Positions 10,180 to 20,375 are shown, counted from the first letter of the stretch. The stretch: 64,000 nucleotides of DNA from Bacteroidota bacterium (GCA_023417815.1 JAEZEI010000006.1:7352-71351), one strand, 5' to 3'. Translations and numbers: made by a program. Notes: generated from the sequence alone by a model not told the origin.

Positions 10180-10545
10180 TTAATTTCTTTCCTGCAAAAG
10201 ATGCTTTGAGATCGCTTCCTTAAATACGTGCTTTGGCAATGCACCTGGTTGCATCATAGGGTCGGCATCGAGCGGAATGAACAAAAAGGTTGGAATGGAC
10301 TGAATACCAAACATGGCAGACAGTTCCTGTTCTTTCTCTGTATCTACCTTAAAAAAATCGACTTTACCATCAAATTCTATGGCAAGTTCCTCCATAACCG
10401 GGGCTACCATCTTGCAGGGACCGCACCAATCTGCATAAAAATCGATTATTGCCGGCCGGTCGCCCTGGAATTTCCATTCTGTGGCGTCCTCATAATTGAA
10501 AATTTCATCTTTGAATTGCTGAAGAGTTAACTGTTGCACTTGCAT
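10180..10545 (-). CDS. trxA: Thioredoxin
   Basis: DFYADWCGPCK active site; IQSIPT. Confidence 0.93.
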   Translation of the reverse strand: MQVQQLTLQQFKDEIFNYEDATEWKFQGDRPAIIDFYADWCGPCKMVAPVMEELAIEFDGKVDFFKVDTEKEQELSAMFGIQSIPTFLFIPLDADPMMQPGALPKHVFKEAISKHLLQERN

Positions 10546-10750
10546 AGGATCTTTTTTTCATCAGGAAATCAATAATCAAACCTAAATGAATGGACCCGGC
10601 AAATAAATACCGATTTTTTACTCCCTCCCCTGGTTTTTTGAGTCCCTGATTTTAAGTAAGCCAACTGCTGCAGATTGATCTTACAAGGTTCAAGTGGAAA
10701 AATTGACAATTAATATTACCTCAGAGGAGCCCCAATAGTTCCTGTATGCT

Positions 10751-10782
10751 TAAAAAGCCCCATAAGGGGCTTTTATTTTTTT
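10751..10782. terminator. Intrinsic terminator downstream of tRNA-Ala
   Basis: AAAAGCCCC-ATAA-GGGGCTTTT with A/T tracts on both sides. Confidence 0.75.
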
Positions 10783-10783
10783 G

Positions 10784-10857
<74 letters not shown>

Positions 10858-10985
10858 AAAGAGGTCGCAATTTAGGGAATTTTCAAATTCCCCCCATTCG
10901 GATGTTGAAGTCTTTTTGCATATCCTTCACATGGGTTATGACAGAAATCATAGTATTCGGTTGTGTATAAAAGTACTTTTGTGCT

Positions 10986-11348
10986 GTGCGGTTTATAGCT
11001 ATCATATTATTCTCAGTTGCATTAATGATGACACCATTGGCAGAGCTACTGAAGGTGCCGGCATTAATTAGTCATTTTATTAAACACCAGGCAAATACAG
11101 GAATCAACTTACAGGAGTTTCTCACGGAACATTATAACCCTGACCATAACGACCAGGATATTCCGGAGGACAACAATCTACCTTTTAAAAATGTAATCGT
11201 AGTGAGTATGGCTGCAACACTCCCGGTTCAATTTTCACTTCCTCCAGGTAATCATTATTACCATCGCAATATGAGTAATTATGAGGTTTTCTTTCCCAAT
11301 GCCTTCAAGGCAGCACTGTTTCATCCTCCCCGCCCCCATCTCATTTAA
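10986..11348 (+). CDS. His-rich hypothetical protein
   Basis: GTG start just after TACTTTTG (10974-10981); ELLKVP..ISHF..H, EHY, DxxLPFK and C-terminal HPP motifs, resembling small proteins that accompany Bacteroidota metal-efflux genes. Confidence 0.65.
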   Translation: MRFIAIILFSVALMMTPLAELLKVPALISHFIKHQANTGINLQEFLTEHYNPDHNDQDIPEDNNLPFKNVIVVSMAATLPVQFSLPPGNHYYHRNMSNYEVFFPNAFKAALFHPPRPHLI

Positions 11349-11384
11349 ACAGGGAATTTAATTACTTATTCAAATTTACATTTT

Positions 11385-11867
11385 ATGAACAGTGTACAAT
11401 TACACCTGGCATTAACACATGTGCCGGTGATTCTGACCCTTACAGCACTGGTAATGATGCTGACAGGCCTGATCAGAAAGCAACAATCAACTTTAAAAAT
11501 CGCCAATATAATTCTGGTAATAGCAGCTTTAATAACAATACCTGTATACTTTTCCGGGGAAGGTGCAGAAGAGGTTGCTGAGAAAATAACAGGTGTTTCA
11601 GAAGGGGCAATTGAAGAGCATGAAGAGATCGCAAAATTCTCATTTCTTGGAGTACTTATTTCTGGTGTATTTGCACTTGCATCTCTTTTCTTTTCTATGG
11701 GGAAATGGGGCAAAGCAATACGGGTATTAACCCTGTTGTCGGGCCTCGTTGCATCCGGCCTTTTCATACAAACTGCCCACCTGGGTGGTACTATCAGGCA
11801 TACAGAGCTTAACGGAAACTCCATTTCAGCAACCACCTCACCAGAAGATGATTCAGATAACGATTAA
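11385..11867 (+). CDS. DUF2231-like membrane protein
   Basis: HLALTHVP, SGE.AEE, IEEHEE and AHLGG.IRH motifs; about 4 TM helices. Confidence 0.7.
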   Translation: MNSVQLHLALTHVPVILTLTALVMMLTGLIRKQQSTLKIANIILVIAALITIPVYFSGEGAEEVAEKITGVSEGAIEEHEEIAKFSFLGVLISGVFALASLFFSMGKWGKAIRVLTLLSGLVASGLFIQTAHLGGTIRHTELNGNSISATTSPEDDSDND

Positions 11868-11879
11868 ACAATTAGTAAC

Positions 11880-12317
11880 ATGAAAAAACTAATCATTATT
11901 ATTAGTATGGGATTCTTTGCATGTACCGGGAATAAAGATGCGCCGGCAGCCAGTAATACGGATACAAAACCTGATCATGAACATGAAGTAAGTGAACCAG
12001 TAAAAAATGATCCTGGCAAAAAATGGAAGGCTGATTCTTCCACGAGGGCCAATGTAGCTAACCTGGTAGCGATCCTGGAGAAATCGGAAGCAAGAGGAAA
12101 TACATCTCATGCCCTACTTGCAGGGGAAATGCAGGCAGGACTGGATAAACTGGTGAAGGAGTGCAGAATGAAAGGTCCGGATCATGATGCTTTGCATGTG
12201 TGGCTGGAAGATGTAATGGAGGAAGTAAAGGAACTTAAGCAAGGTAAAGATGATTACCAGGAATCCTTTGCTGATCTCAGGAAAGAGGTTAATGAATTCT
12301 ACGATGATTTCAACTAA
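11880..12317 (+). CDS. Lipoprotein, helical with His/Cys motif
   Basis: Lipobox-like FFAC; DHEHE, GKKWKAD and CRMKGPDHDALH motifs. Confidence 0.7.
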   Translation: MKKLIIIISMGFFACTGNKDAPAASNTDTKPDHEHEVSEPVKNDPGKKWKADSSTRANVANLVAILEKSEARGNTSHALLAGEMQAGLDKLVKECRMKGPDHDALHVWLEDVMEEVKELKQGKDDYQESFADLRKEVNEFYDDFN

Positions 12318-12357
12318 TGCAGGTCTCAGATTATCTGAAATATTGCCAGAATCTTTT

Positions 12358-12380
12358 CAAAACCCCTTCAAGGGGTTTTG
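12358..12380. terminator. Bidirectional terminator
   Basis: CAAAACCCCT-TCA-AGGGGTTTTG between convergent genes. Confidence 0.7.
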
Positions 12381-12453
12381 TCATTATGTGATGCATGAAT
12401 TCTCCTGAAGCATAAAAAGTTTATGATCTTTTGTTTTGCGAAACAAGAGTATG

Positions 12454-12936
12454 TCAGTTCCGTATTGTCATCATTTTGAAAATATAATATCCTACAGGAC
12501 CCAGGGTAAGTGCAAGCGCCAGGAAAAAAAACCAGGGATGCAAACCATCAGCATAGCCATAAACGACCATATACACACCACCAATGATAATCAGGAACAG
12601 AAGGTTTATACAGAGCAGTAATACCAGGAGCATTCGCTTGGAAAGCATATAAAGCCTTTCTGCATTTACCTTTGTAACCACTACGGGATAATTAAGTTTG
12701 GAGGGTGTTTTTGCAAGCCATGTGAACAGGAAATATAATATGGTCGAAATTATGGGGAATATCAGCAACATTGCAGGTGATCCCCAGGCGTCAGCCTCAC
12801 CCCCGGCTGAAAAGTGAACAGGAATTGTTTCCGGAAAAACCATTGTTCCATACACTGATACGACAATAACAACAAGGAGTAAGAAGGCAGATATCCTTTT
12901 CAATATCCAGTTCGCAGATCTTTCAGACGTATCCAT
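12454..12936 (-). CDS. DUF1648 domain membrane protein
   Basis: PETIPVHF...GEADAWGS motif, NYP motif, 4 TM helices. Confidence 0.82.
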   Translation of the reverse strand: MDTSERSANWILKRISAFLLLVVIVVSVYGTMVFPETIPVHFSAGGEADAWGSPAMLLIFPIISTILYFLFTWLAKTPSKLNYPVVVTKVNAERLYMLSKRMLLVLLLCINLLFLIIIGGVYMVVYGYADGLHPWFFFLALALTLGPVGYYIFKMMTIRN

Positions 12937-12969
12937 ACTGATAATTTTATCAACTTAAAAACCATCCAC

Positions 12970-12997
12970 AAAAAAACGTTACAGGTTTTGTAACGTT
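12970..12997 (-). terminator. Terminator of citrate synthase gene
   Basis: Minus strand AACGTTACA-AAACC-TGTAACGTT followed by a T tract. Confidence 0.65.
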
Positions 12998-13048
12998 AAA
13001 GAAAGATATATGGATGAAATACATTCCTGGTAACAAAAAACTCAGCTT

Positions 13049-14374
13049 CTAGTCACCCCAAATCTCATCTTCACCTTTAATCCATTTCTTCACCAGGTCA
13101 GTTGTAATGGACTTAGGCCTTTCAAGCGGAAGTCCCAGGGCTCTGTCCCAGCACAAACTGGCCAATACCCCAAGAGCCCGGGAAACTCCGAACAACACCG
13201 TATAAAACTCATATTCCTTCATACCATAATGAACCAGCAATGCTCCGCTGTGTGCATCCACGTTAGGCCATGGGTTTTTGATCTTTGCGATAGATTGAAG
13301 GATGGGTGGAACCGCTTCATATATATTCCATACAGTTTGAACCAAAGGATCATCTGCCATATGTTTTTTGCCGAAATCCATCTGTGCAGTAAACCTTGGG
13401 TCAGTCTTTCTCAGAACAGCATGGCCGTAACCCGGAACAACTTTTCCTTCACTTAAAGTTTTCCTTACATATTCCCCGATCTGTTCCTTGGTGGGCGCAT
13501 CCGAGCCAATATGTTCGCGTAATTCAAATATCCATTTGATTACCTCCTGGTTTGCTAATCCGTGCAATGGACCTGCAAGACCATTCATTCCTGCAGCGAA
13601 ACTTAAGTAAGGATCTGCCAATGCTGATCCAACCAGGTGCGTCGTATGCGCACTAACGTTACCTCCTTCATGATCAGCATGAATGGTCATGTATAAGCGC
13701 ATCAGTTCCTTGAAACCTTCATCCTCATAACCCATCATATGCGCAAAGTTCCCTGCCCAGTCCAGAAGACCGTTCGGCTGAATATGATCTCCATTTTTAT
13801 ACTTTCTCCTGTAGATATACGCGGCAATACGCGGTAACCTGGCAATAAGATCCATCGCATCATCGAATGTTGCTTCCCAATAATCTTTCTTGCTCATTCC
13901 CTTTGCATAACGCTTCGTGAATTCACTTTCCGTTTGAAGGCTCATTATCGCAACCACGAATTGCGTCATTGGATGCGCGCTGCATGGAAGTGCTTCGATA
14001 GTTGCAAATACATGGTTAGGCACATGGCTGCGACGCTGCCAAACACTGGTAAGATGCTGCACTTCCTCATCCGTCGGAAGGTCGCCTACAAGCATGAGGT
14101 AAAATAAGCCTTCGGGTAATGGTTCAGAACCACCCGGAGCCTTCGGCAACTTACTTTGCAATTCAGGAATAGAATAACCCCTGAAACGAATACCTTCCTG
14201 GGCATCAAGAAGTGAAGTTTCGGTAACCAGGCCAGTCATCCCCCTCATTCCCTGGTAAACCTGGGAGAGGTTTACTTCACCGATCTTTTTTTCACCATGC
14301 TCTTTAAGGATGTCCTTTATTTCTGCACCAACACTGTCTGCCTTAGCCTTAAATCTTTCCTTGATAATACCCAT
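13049..14374 (-). CDS. gltA: Citrate (Si)-synthase, eukaryotic type
   Basis: GMRGM...ETS.LD..EGIRFRG, DHEGGNVSAH, GPLHGLANQE, PGYGHAVLRKTDPR, WPNVDAHSG. Confidence 0.96.
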   Translation of the reverse strand: MGIIKERFKAKADSVGAEIKDILKEHGEKKIGEVNLSQVYQGMRGMTGLVTETSLLDAQEGIRFRGYSIPELQSKLPKAPGGSEPLPEGLFYLMLVGDLPTDEEVQHLTSVWQRRSHVPNHVFATIEALPCSAHPMTQFVVAIMSLQTESEFTKRYAKGMSKKDYWEATFDDAMDLIARLPRIAAYIYRRKYKNGDHIQPNGLLDWAGNFAHMMGYEDEGFKELMRLYMTIHADHEGGNVSAHTTHLVGSALADPYLSFAAGMNGLAGPLHGLANQEVIKWIFELREHIGSDAPTKEQIGEYVRKTLSEGKVVPGYGHAVLRKTDPRFTAQMDFGKKHMADDPLVQTVWNIYEAVPPILQSIAKIKNPWPNVDAHSGALLVHYGMKEYEFYTVLFGVSRALGVLASLCWDRALGLPLERPKSITTDLVKKWIKGEDEIWGD

Positions 14375-14507
14375 GTTTCAGTTCTTTTTGAAAGTTGTAT
14401 GAATACGGACTGATAACTACTGAAAGTAATGAAACTCAACGTGTAGAGTGAATTCAGTCGCTTAAAATTACGATGACCCCGTTGCTTAAACAAAAGTTTT
14501 GCAACCT

Positions 14508-15599
14508 TTATTTGGGAGCACGCCGGTAAAGGTAAATTGCGAGCAGACCAAAGAGTATATTGGGTGTCCAGGCCGCGAGCCATGGGGGGAAATCTCCCTT
14601 TGTTGCAAACACAACACTTAGCCTGCCGAATAATACATAGGTAACACTGATCACCACACCTATCGCCAAATGTGCACCACTACCTCCTCTTACTTTCCTG
14701 CTGGCCAACACTGCACCAATGATCGTTAAGATTAATACTGATACCGGGATGGCATCCCTGTTATATCGTTCAACCAGGAGAGAACTTAAATTTTCAGATC
14801 CCCTTAATCGTTCTCTTTGGATAAAATCATTCAAAACCGGTGTGGTCATCTGGTCTTTCAGGTAATCATCCGTCCGCAACTGGGTTGGAGTGAAGTTTAT
14901 GGCTTTAAGTAATACGGGAGAAAGTTTCACTTCCTCATTCCTGTCGTTTATTTTTCTTTCAAGCGCATTATTAAGCTTCCACCTGCCAATGCTGTCTACC
15001 CAGCTAAAACTTGATGCCCGAAGGTTATATACCATGCGGTTATTCCTGAATTCCTGGATGAACAGGTGGTTGCCGCTCTTTGTTATCGTGTCATAACCTT
15101 TTATACCTGCATATGAATTCGAATCTAGTCTGAAGTAAATATTTTGCTTGTAGGAAGAATTAGTGTTGGTGGAACTATTAACATCAATATAGGTCTTTTC
15201 AAAATCGCCCCACTTCCGGTTTGCGCGTGGAACCACCCACTGGTATCCCAGCCATAACAGTGCTCCCAGGATGATCCCGCCAACATAGTAAGGTCGCATA
15301 AACCTCCTGAAACTTATACCGCTGCTTAGAATGGCGATAATCTCTGATCTACCGGCCATTTTAGACGTGAAGAATATTACGGAAATAAAAGTAAAAAGAG
15401 GAAACAGCATAGCGTCTATACGTGGAATGAAGCCTGCATAATAATCCCGGATGATCTCCCATGCTGTTAGACCGGATTTTACGAAATCATCGGTCTTTTC
15501 ACTGATGTCTACAACCACTACAATTGCCGTTAGAAGCAATACGGAAAAGAAAAAAGTGGAAAGGAATTTTCGTAATATGTAGAGGTCGATCTTTTTCAA
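14508..15599 (-). CDS. LptF/LptG family LPS export permease
   Basis: KIDLYILRK N-terminus, SEIIAILSSGIS motif, C-terminal AAWTPN; TTG start. Confidence 0.92.
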   Translation of the reverse strand: MKKIDLYILRKFLSTFFFSVLLLTAIVVVVDISEKTDDFVKSGLTAWEIIRDYYAGFIPRIDAMLFPLFTFISVIFFTSKMAGRSEIIAILSSGISFRRFMRPYYVGGIILGALLWLGYQWVVPRANRKWGDFEKTYIDVNSSTNTNSSYKQNIYFRLDSNSYAGIKGYDTITKSGNHLFIQEFRNNRMVYNLRASSFSWVDSIGRWKLNNALERKINDRNEEVKLSPVLLKAINFTPTQLRTDDYLKDQMTTPVLNDFIQRERLRGSENLSSLLVERYNRDAIPVSVLILTIIGAVLASRKVRGGSGAHLAIGVVISVTYVLFGRLSVVFATKGDFPPWLAAWTPNILFGLLAIYLYRRAPK

Positions 15600-15608
15600 A
15601 GAACAAAT

Positions 15609-16826
15609 CTATGAAACTATAGCCTTTGCAGCGATGTAGCCTGTTGTCCAGGCATTCTGAAAGTTATAGCCGCCCGTTATTCCATCTATATCCATGACTT
15701 CCCCGGCAAAATACAGCCCTGGAATCTTTTTACACTCCATGGTGGCCGGATCAGTTTCATAAAGCGCAATTCCTCCTGCTGTTACAAATTCTTCCTTGAA
15801 TGTGCTTTTCCCATTCACTTCATAAATATCCCCGGTAAGGATCCTGACCAGCCTGTTCTGTTGCTTTGCTGGAAGATCTGACCAACGGACACCTTCCCTG
15901 ATCTCCGATTTTTCAAGAAAGTATTCCCAGAGCCTCGAAGCAAGACCGAAAGGGTTGCGGGAGGCGATCATTTTTGATGCCTGGGAATAACGCAGCTCCA
16001 TAAATTTCTCGCGCAATGTATTTTCGTTATAACCCGGGAGCCAGTTTATGGAAATGGAGAATTTATAGTTGCGTTTTGCGAGTTCCCTCGCTCCCCAGGC
16101 GGAGGCTTTTAAGACCGCAGGCCCACTGAAACCCCAGTGGGTAACCAGCAATGATCCGCTGGATGTAACAGAGGTTCCTGTTATCCTCACTTTCGCTTCA
16201 GGAACAGATACGCCCATTAACTTAACGATCTTATCATCCGGAACATTAAAAGTAAATAGAGAAGGTACAGGATCAATGATCTCAAGATCATTAAGGAATT
16301 CAAAACCTGCAAAACCCTTCTTTGTTATTCCACCTGTGGCAAGGCAGATCTTTTCAGCGAATATCTCATCCCTGTCTGTTGAGAGGATCCATCTATCGCT
16401 GCGTGATATTTTCCGTACCGGGGAAAGGACCCTTGCATCAACATTGAACTGTGAAGCCTCCGCAAGAAGACAATCTATTATGGTCTGCGAGTTATCGCTT
16501 TCTGGAAACATGCGGCCATCACTCTCGGTCTTTAGCTCTACACCTCTTTCCCTGAACCAGTTGATCGTGTCTGTTGTAAAAAAGGAATGAAAGGCCCTTT
16601 TCAGGAAAGTTCCTCCCCGGGGATAACGGGAAGACATTTCAGCCATACTAAAACATGCATGGGTTACATTGCACCTGCCTCCTCCGCTGATCCTGACCTT
16701 TGAAAGAAATTTCTGAGAGCGCTCAAGGATCACAACTTTGATCCCCGGTTTCATCCGCGCAGCGTTCACCGCGCAAAAGAATCCTGCGGCACCACCTCCA
16801 ATCACTGCAAGATCGAATGTTTCCAT
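15609..16826 (-). CDS. HI0933/BaiN family flavoprotein
   Basis: GGGAAG, SGGGRCNVT, THWGFSGP, VTAGG, DGITGGYNFQ motifs. Confidence 0.93.
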   Translation of the reverse strand: METFDLAVIGGGAAGFFCAVNAARMKPGIKVVILERSQKFLSKVRISGGGRCNVTHACFSMAEMSSRYPRGGTFLKRAFHSFFTTDTINWFRERGVELKTESDGRMFPESDNSQTIIDCLLAEASQFNVDARVLSPVRKISRSDRWILSTDRDEIFAEKICLATGGITKKGFAGFEFLNDLEIIDPVPSLFTFNVPDDKIVKLMGVSVPEAKVRITGTSVTSSGSLLVTHWGFSGPAVLKASAWGARELAKRNYKFSISINWLPGYNENTLREKFMELRYSQASKMIASRNPFGLASRLWEYFLEKSEIREGVRWSDLPAKQQNRLVRILTGDIYEVNGKSTFKEEFVTAGGIALYETDPATMECKKIPGLYFAGEVMDIDGITGGYNFQNAWTTGYIAAKAIVS

Positions 16827-17626
16827 TAATGACTCCAGGTAAGGTTTGGATTTGCTTGCTCAGCTTTCTCTATTTCATCAAAGGAAGAAAGAATATCGGG
16901 ACCGCCTGGAGTTATGCAAACATCATGTTCAAAATGTGCGGAAGGCTTTCCGTCCTTTGTCCTGATCGTCCATCCATCGTCATCATGAATTATATCTTTC
17001 GTTCCCATATTGATCATTGGCTCTATCGCAAGCACCATCCCAGGTTTAAGTTTAGCCCCTGTTCCTCTTTTGCCATAGTTGGGTACCTGTGGTTCTTCAT
17101 GCATACTTCTGCCAAGGCCATGGCCAACCAGTTCCCGTACCACACCATATCCATGTTTGCGTTCGGTATATTCCTGGATCGTAAATGCAATATCCCCGAC
17201 CCTGTTCCCTGCGGTAGCCCTTGCTATCCCGGCGTACAGTGATTCCTTGGTTACTTTCAATAATTTCTTTACTTCCTCGCTTACCCCACCCAGGGCATAC
17301 GTGTATGCACTGTCGCCGTGAAAGCCATTCATGTACGCACCAATATCCAGGGAGATCACATCCCCATCACGCAATTCACGTTCATCAGGAAAACCATGGA
17401 CAACCATATCGTTCACCGAAATACAGGTTGCGTAAGGATATCCATTATAATTTTTAAAAGAAGGTGTTGCCCCATTGTCCCTCAGGAATTCCTCTGCAAG
17501 ATCATTCAGCTTAATGGTGGTAATTCCGGGCTTTATATAGGGGATGACAGCGGCATGAGTTGCCCCTACAAGCAGGCAGCTTTTCCGCATGATACTGATC
17601 TCTTCCGTGGATTTATAATGGATCAT
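16826..17626 (-). CDS. map: Methionine aminopeptidase type I
   Basis: CISVN..VVHG, GDSA, GHG.G..MHEEP, EPM, SAHFEH. Confidence 0.97.
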   Translation of the reverse strand: MIHYKSTEEISIMRKSCLLVGATHAAVIPYIKPGITTIKLNDLAEEFLRDNGATPSFKNYNGYPYATCISVNDMVVHGFPDERELRDGDVISLDIGAYMNGFHGDSAYTYALGGVSEEVKKLLKVTKESLYAGIARATAGNRVGDIAFTIQEYTERKHGYGVVRELVGHGLGRSMHEEPQVPNYGKRGTGAKLKPGMVLAIEPMINMGTKDIIHDDDGWTIRTKDGKPSAHFEHDVCITPGGPDILSSFDEIEKAEQANPNLTWSH

Positions 17627-17642
17627 TATTTCTGTTTAAACG

Positions 17643-17678
17643 AAGCCCCAACGATAAACGTCGGGGCTTGCAAAAGTA
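17643..17678 (-). promoter_or_regulatory. Putative internal map promoter plus 5' hairpin
   Basis: Minus strand TACTTTTG (17678-17671), immediately followed by an AAGCCCC...GGGGCTT hairpin. Confidence 0.55.
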
Positions 17679-17693
17679 ATTTATGTTTTTGTT

Positions 17694-19034
17694 TTAGATA
17701 CCGCCGATCGTTGCTGTCTGGCGCCCCTGCAACCTTCCGCTGCTCATTAAACCGTCGTACTGGCGCATCAGCAACTGGGTTTCGATCTGCTGAAGGGTAT
17801 CCAGGACAACACCTACCATGATAAGCAGGGAAGTTCCGCCGAAGAATGTTGCAAAATTCTGCTGCATTCCAAAGGCCAGTTCAACCAGGCCGGGAAGGAT
17901 ACCAACGATCGCCAGTAGTATCGCTCCCGGAAGAGTGATACGGTCCATGATGGTTCCAATATAATCCGCCGTTGGCTGACCAGGTTTTACCCCGGGAATG
18001 AAACCGTTATTGCGTTTCAGTTCATCAGCCATTTGTTTTGGGTTGAAGATAAGAGCAGTATAAAGGAAAGTAAAGGCGATAACACACACACCATATACGA
18101 TCATATATACTCCATTGGTATGATCAGTGAAATACCGGGCCCAACCCCCACCTTCAAAACCAGAGAAAATGGTTGGAAGGAACAGGATTGCCTGCGCGAA
18201 GATGATCGGCATTACACCTGCTGCATTCACTTTCAATGGAAGGAAATTCCTTGCTCCACCCAGTTGCCTGTTACCAACGATCTGTTTTGCATAGTTCACA
18301 GGAACCTTTCTTGTGCCCTGAACCAGCATGATCAGTCCCATGATAACCGCGATCAGGAATACGATCTCAACAAGCAGGATCAGTAAACCACCTGCACCAT
18401 TACCCGCAAGCCTTGCACTCCACTCTTCCATAAAAGATTGAGGAAGGCGTGCGATGATACCCACCATGATGATAAGTGATGTACCGTTACCAAGACCTTT
18501 ATCAGTGATCTTCTCACCCAGCCACATTACGAATAATGTACCTACAGTAAGGAGAACTATAGTTGATATCCAGAAGAAGTTGCCATAGGCCGGAATGATC
18601 GCTGCAGCATTACCCGGACTTTTAAGGTAACCGATATATGCTGCTGCCTGGAATACGGTAACTATAACAGTGAGGTAACGTGTCCATTGGTTGATCTTCT
18701 TTCTTCCGCTTTCACCTTCCTTCTGGATCTTCGCCATTTGAGGTACAAGGATGGTTACAAGCTGCATAAAGATCGAAGCGGAGATATAAGGCATGATACC
18801 TAATGCAAAGATGGAGGCCTTGGAGAAGGCACCACCAACGAAAGCATCAAGCAGCCCCAGCATTCCTGACTGAGTGTTTGCATTCAGGTTCTGAAGCTGG
18901 TTAGGATCGATACCGGGCAATACGATGAACGAACCCAGCCTGTAAATAAAAAGAAGAGTGAGTGTAAATATTATTTTCTTCCGCAGTTCCTCGATACTCC
19001 AGATATTCTTAAGTGTTTTAAAAAACTTCTTCAC
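17694..19034 (-). CDS. secY: Preprotein translocase SecY
   Basis: SIFALGIMPYISASI, GLGNGTSLII, GFIPGVKPG, FGGTSLLI; GTG start. Confidence 0.98.
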   Translation of the reverse strand: MKKFFKTLKNIWSIEELRKKIIFTLTLLFIYRLGSFIVLPGIDPNQLQNLNANTQSGMLGLLDAFVGGAFSKASIFALGIMPYISASIFMQLVTILVPQMAKIQKEGESGRKKINQWTRYLTVIVTVFQAAAYIGYLKSPGNAAAIIPAYGNFFWISTIVLLTVGTLFVMWLGEKITDKGLGNGTSLIIMVGIIARLPQSFMEEWSARLAGNGAGGLLILLVEIVFLIAVIMGLIMLVQGTRKVPVNYAKQIVGNRQLGGARNFLPLKVNAAGVMPIIFAQAILFLPTIFSGFEGGGWARYFTDHTNGVYMIVYGVCVIAFTFLYTALIFNPKQMADELKRNNGFIPGVKPGQPTADYIGTIMDRITLPGAILLAIVGILPGLVELAFGMQQNFATFFGGTSLLIMVGVVLDTLQQIETQLLMRQYDGLMSSGRLQGRQTATIGGI

Positions 19035-19066
19035 AGAATTTAGTCGATTTAGTTGTTTTGGCGCTT

Positions 19067-19097
19067 AAAGTAAAAAGACGCACCCGAAGGGTGCGCC
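19067..19097 (-). terminator. Terminator-like hairpin between rplO and secY
   Basis: Minus strand GGCGCACCC-TTCG-GGTGCGTC-TTTTTACTTT (cUUCGg loop plus U tract). Confidence 0.65.
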
Positions 19098-19113
19098 GGC
19101 AAATATCGGTTAT

Positions 19114-19563
19114 TTATTTCACTAATTCGATGGAGCCGCCGGCAGCTTCTATGGCTGCTTTTGCCTTGGCGCTGGCTGCATTCACCCTGAAAGTGAATTT
19201 ACCTTTAAGCTCACCATTTCCGAGAACCTTAATCAGGTCGGTCTGGCTGATCAATCCATTGATATAAAGGTTCTGAGCGTTGAATTCAGTAATTCCGTAT
19301 TTTTCAGATAGTTGGTCAAACTGGCCCAGGTTAAATACTTTGTATTCTACACGGTGTGGATTTTTGAACCCGCGTTTAGGGATACGGCGCTGAATAGGCA
19401 TCTGTCCACCTTCATGAGCCATCTTGCTCTTGTAACCTGCGCGGCTTTGACCACCCTTGTTACCTTTAGTGGATGTTCCACCCTTACCGCTTGCCTCACC
19501 ACGACCAAGACGTTTCTCTTTATGTGTTGCGCCTTTTGCCGGTCTTAAAGAATGTAATTTCAT
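19114..19563 (-). CDS. rplO: 50S ribosomal protein L15
   Basis: RLGRG..SG.GGT..KG.KG..SR, EGGQMP; position in spc operon. Confidence 0.98.
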   Translation of the reverse strand: MKLHSLRPAKGATHKEKRLGRGEASGKGGTSTKGNKGGQSRAGYKSKMAHEGGQMPIQRRIPKRGFKNPHRVEYKVFNLGQFDQLSEKYGITEFNAQNLYINGLISQTDLIKVLGNGELKGKFTFRVNAASAKAKAAIEAAGGSIELVK

Positions 19564-19618
19564 TGCTTTTATTTTTTACTTGCGCCCCGAAAGCGCGGGG
19601 CTCGCTTTAATAATATAA

Positions 19619-19798
19619 TTAGGCTTCTTCCACCTTTACCAGGTGGCTCACCTTGTTAACCATTCCAAGTATCTGCGGAGTCGCTTCAACTTCAACAGTA
19701 GCATTTATTTTTTTCAGCCCAAGAGCTATCATCGTACGCTTCTGGCGTTCGCTGCGATCGATCACGCTTTTTACCTGGGTTACTTTGATCTTTTTCAT
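19619..19798 (-). CDS. rpmD: 50S ribosomal protein L30
   Basis: Not in ORF track; manual translation [59 protein letters not shown]. Confidence 0.97.
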   Translation of the reverse strand: MKKIKVTQVKSVIDRSERQKRTMIALGLKKINATVEVEATPQILGMVNKVSHLVKVEEA

Positions 19799-19827
19799 AT
19801 TCTGTAATTAATCAGTTCTTTATCAGG

Positions 19828-20349
19828 TTACCCGTTGAATACTTTCTTTAATGATAGGTTCCTGGTTTTTGCCACAGAAACCGGTTCGCGCAGGGTTGCA
19901 AGTGCTTTGAATGTTGCTTTAACCACGTTGTGCGGATTAGCAGAACCCAGGTTCTTGGTAAGAACGTCGGTAATGCCTGCAGATTCAAGAACGGCTCGCA
20001 TGCTACCTCCCGCGATCACACCTGTACCATGAGCAGCTGGTTTGATAAGCACCTTGGCAGCACCTTCCTTTGTAAGCTGGTCGTGCGGTATTGTTCCGTG
20101 CATGATTGGCACTTTAATAAGGTTCTTCTTCGCATCCTCAATTCCTTTTGTGATCGCTTCCTGAACCTCTTTCGCCTTGCCCAGACCATGACCCACAACT
20201 CCGGCTTCATTTCCTACTACAACAAGTGCAGAGAAACTGAATGCACGGCCACCTTTGGTAGTTTTTACCACCCTGTTGATGGCAACAACCTTTTCCTTCA
20301 GTTCGAGGTCACCGGCTTTGATCTTATTGCTTACGTTTAACTTAGACAT
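19828..20349 (-). CDS. rpsE: 30S ribosomal protein S5
   Basis: [20 protein letters not shown]. Confidence 0.98.
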   Translation of the reverse strand: MSKLNVSNKIKAGDLELKEKVVAINRVVKTTKGGRAFSFSALVVVGNEAGVVGHGLGKAKEVQEAITKGIEDAKKNLIKVPIMHGTIPHDQLTKEGAAKVLIKPAAHGTGVIAGGSMRAVLESAGITDVLTKNLGSANPHNVVKATFKALATLREPVSVAKTRNLSLKKVFNG

Positions 20350-20375
20350 GTATAGTTGTTATTAGAAATTTATAA

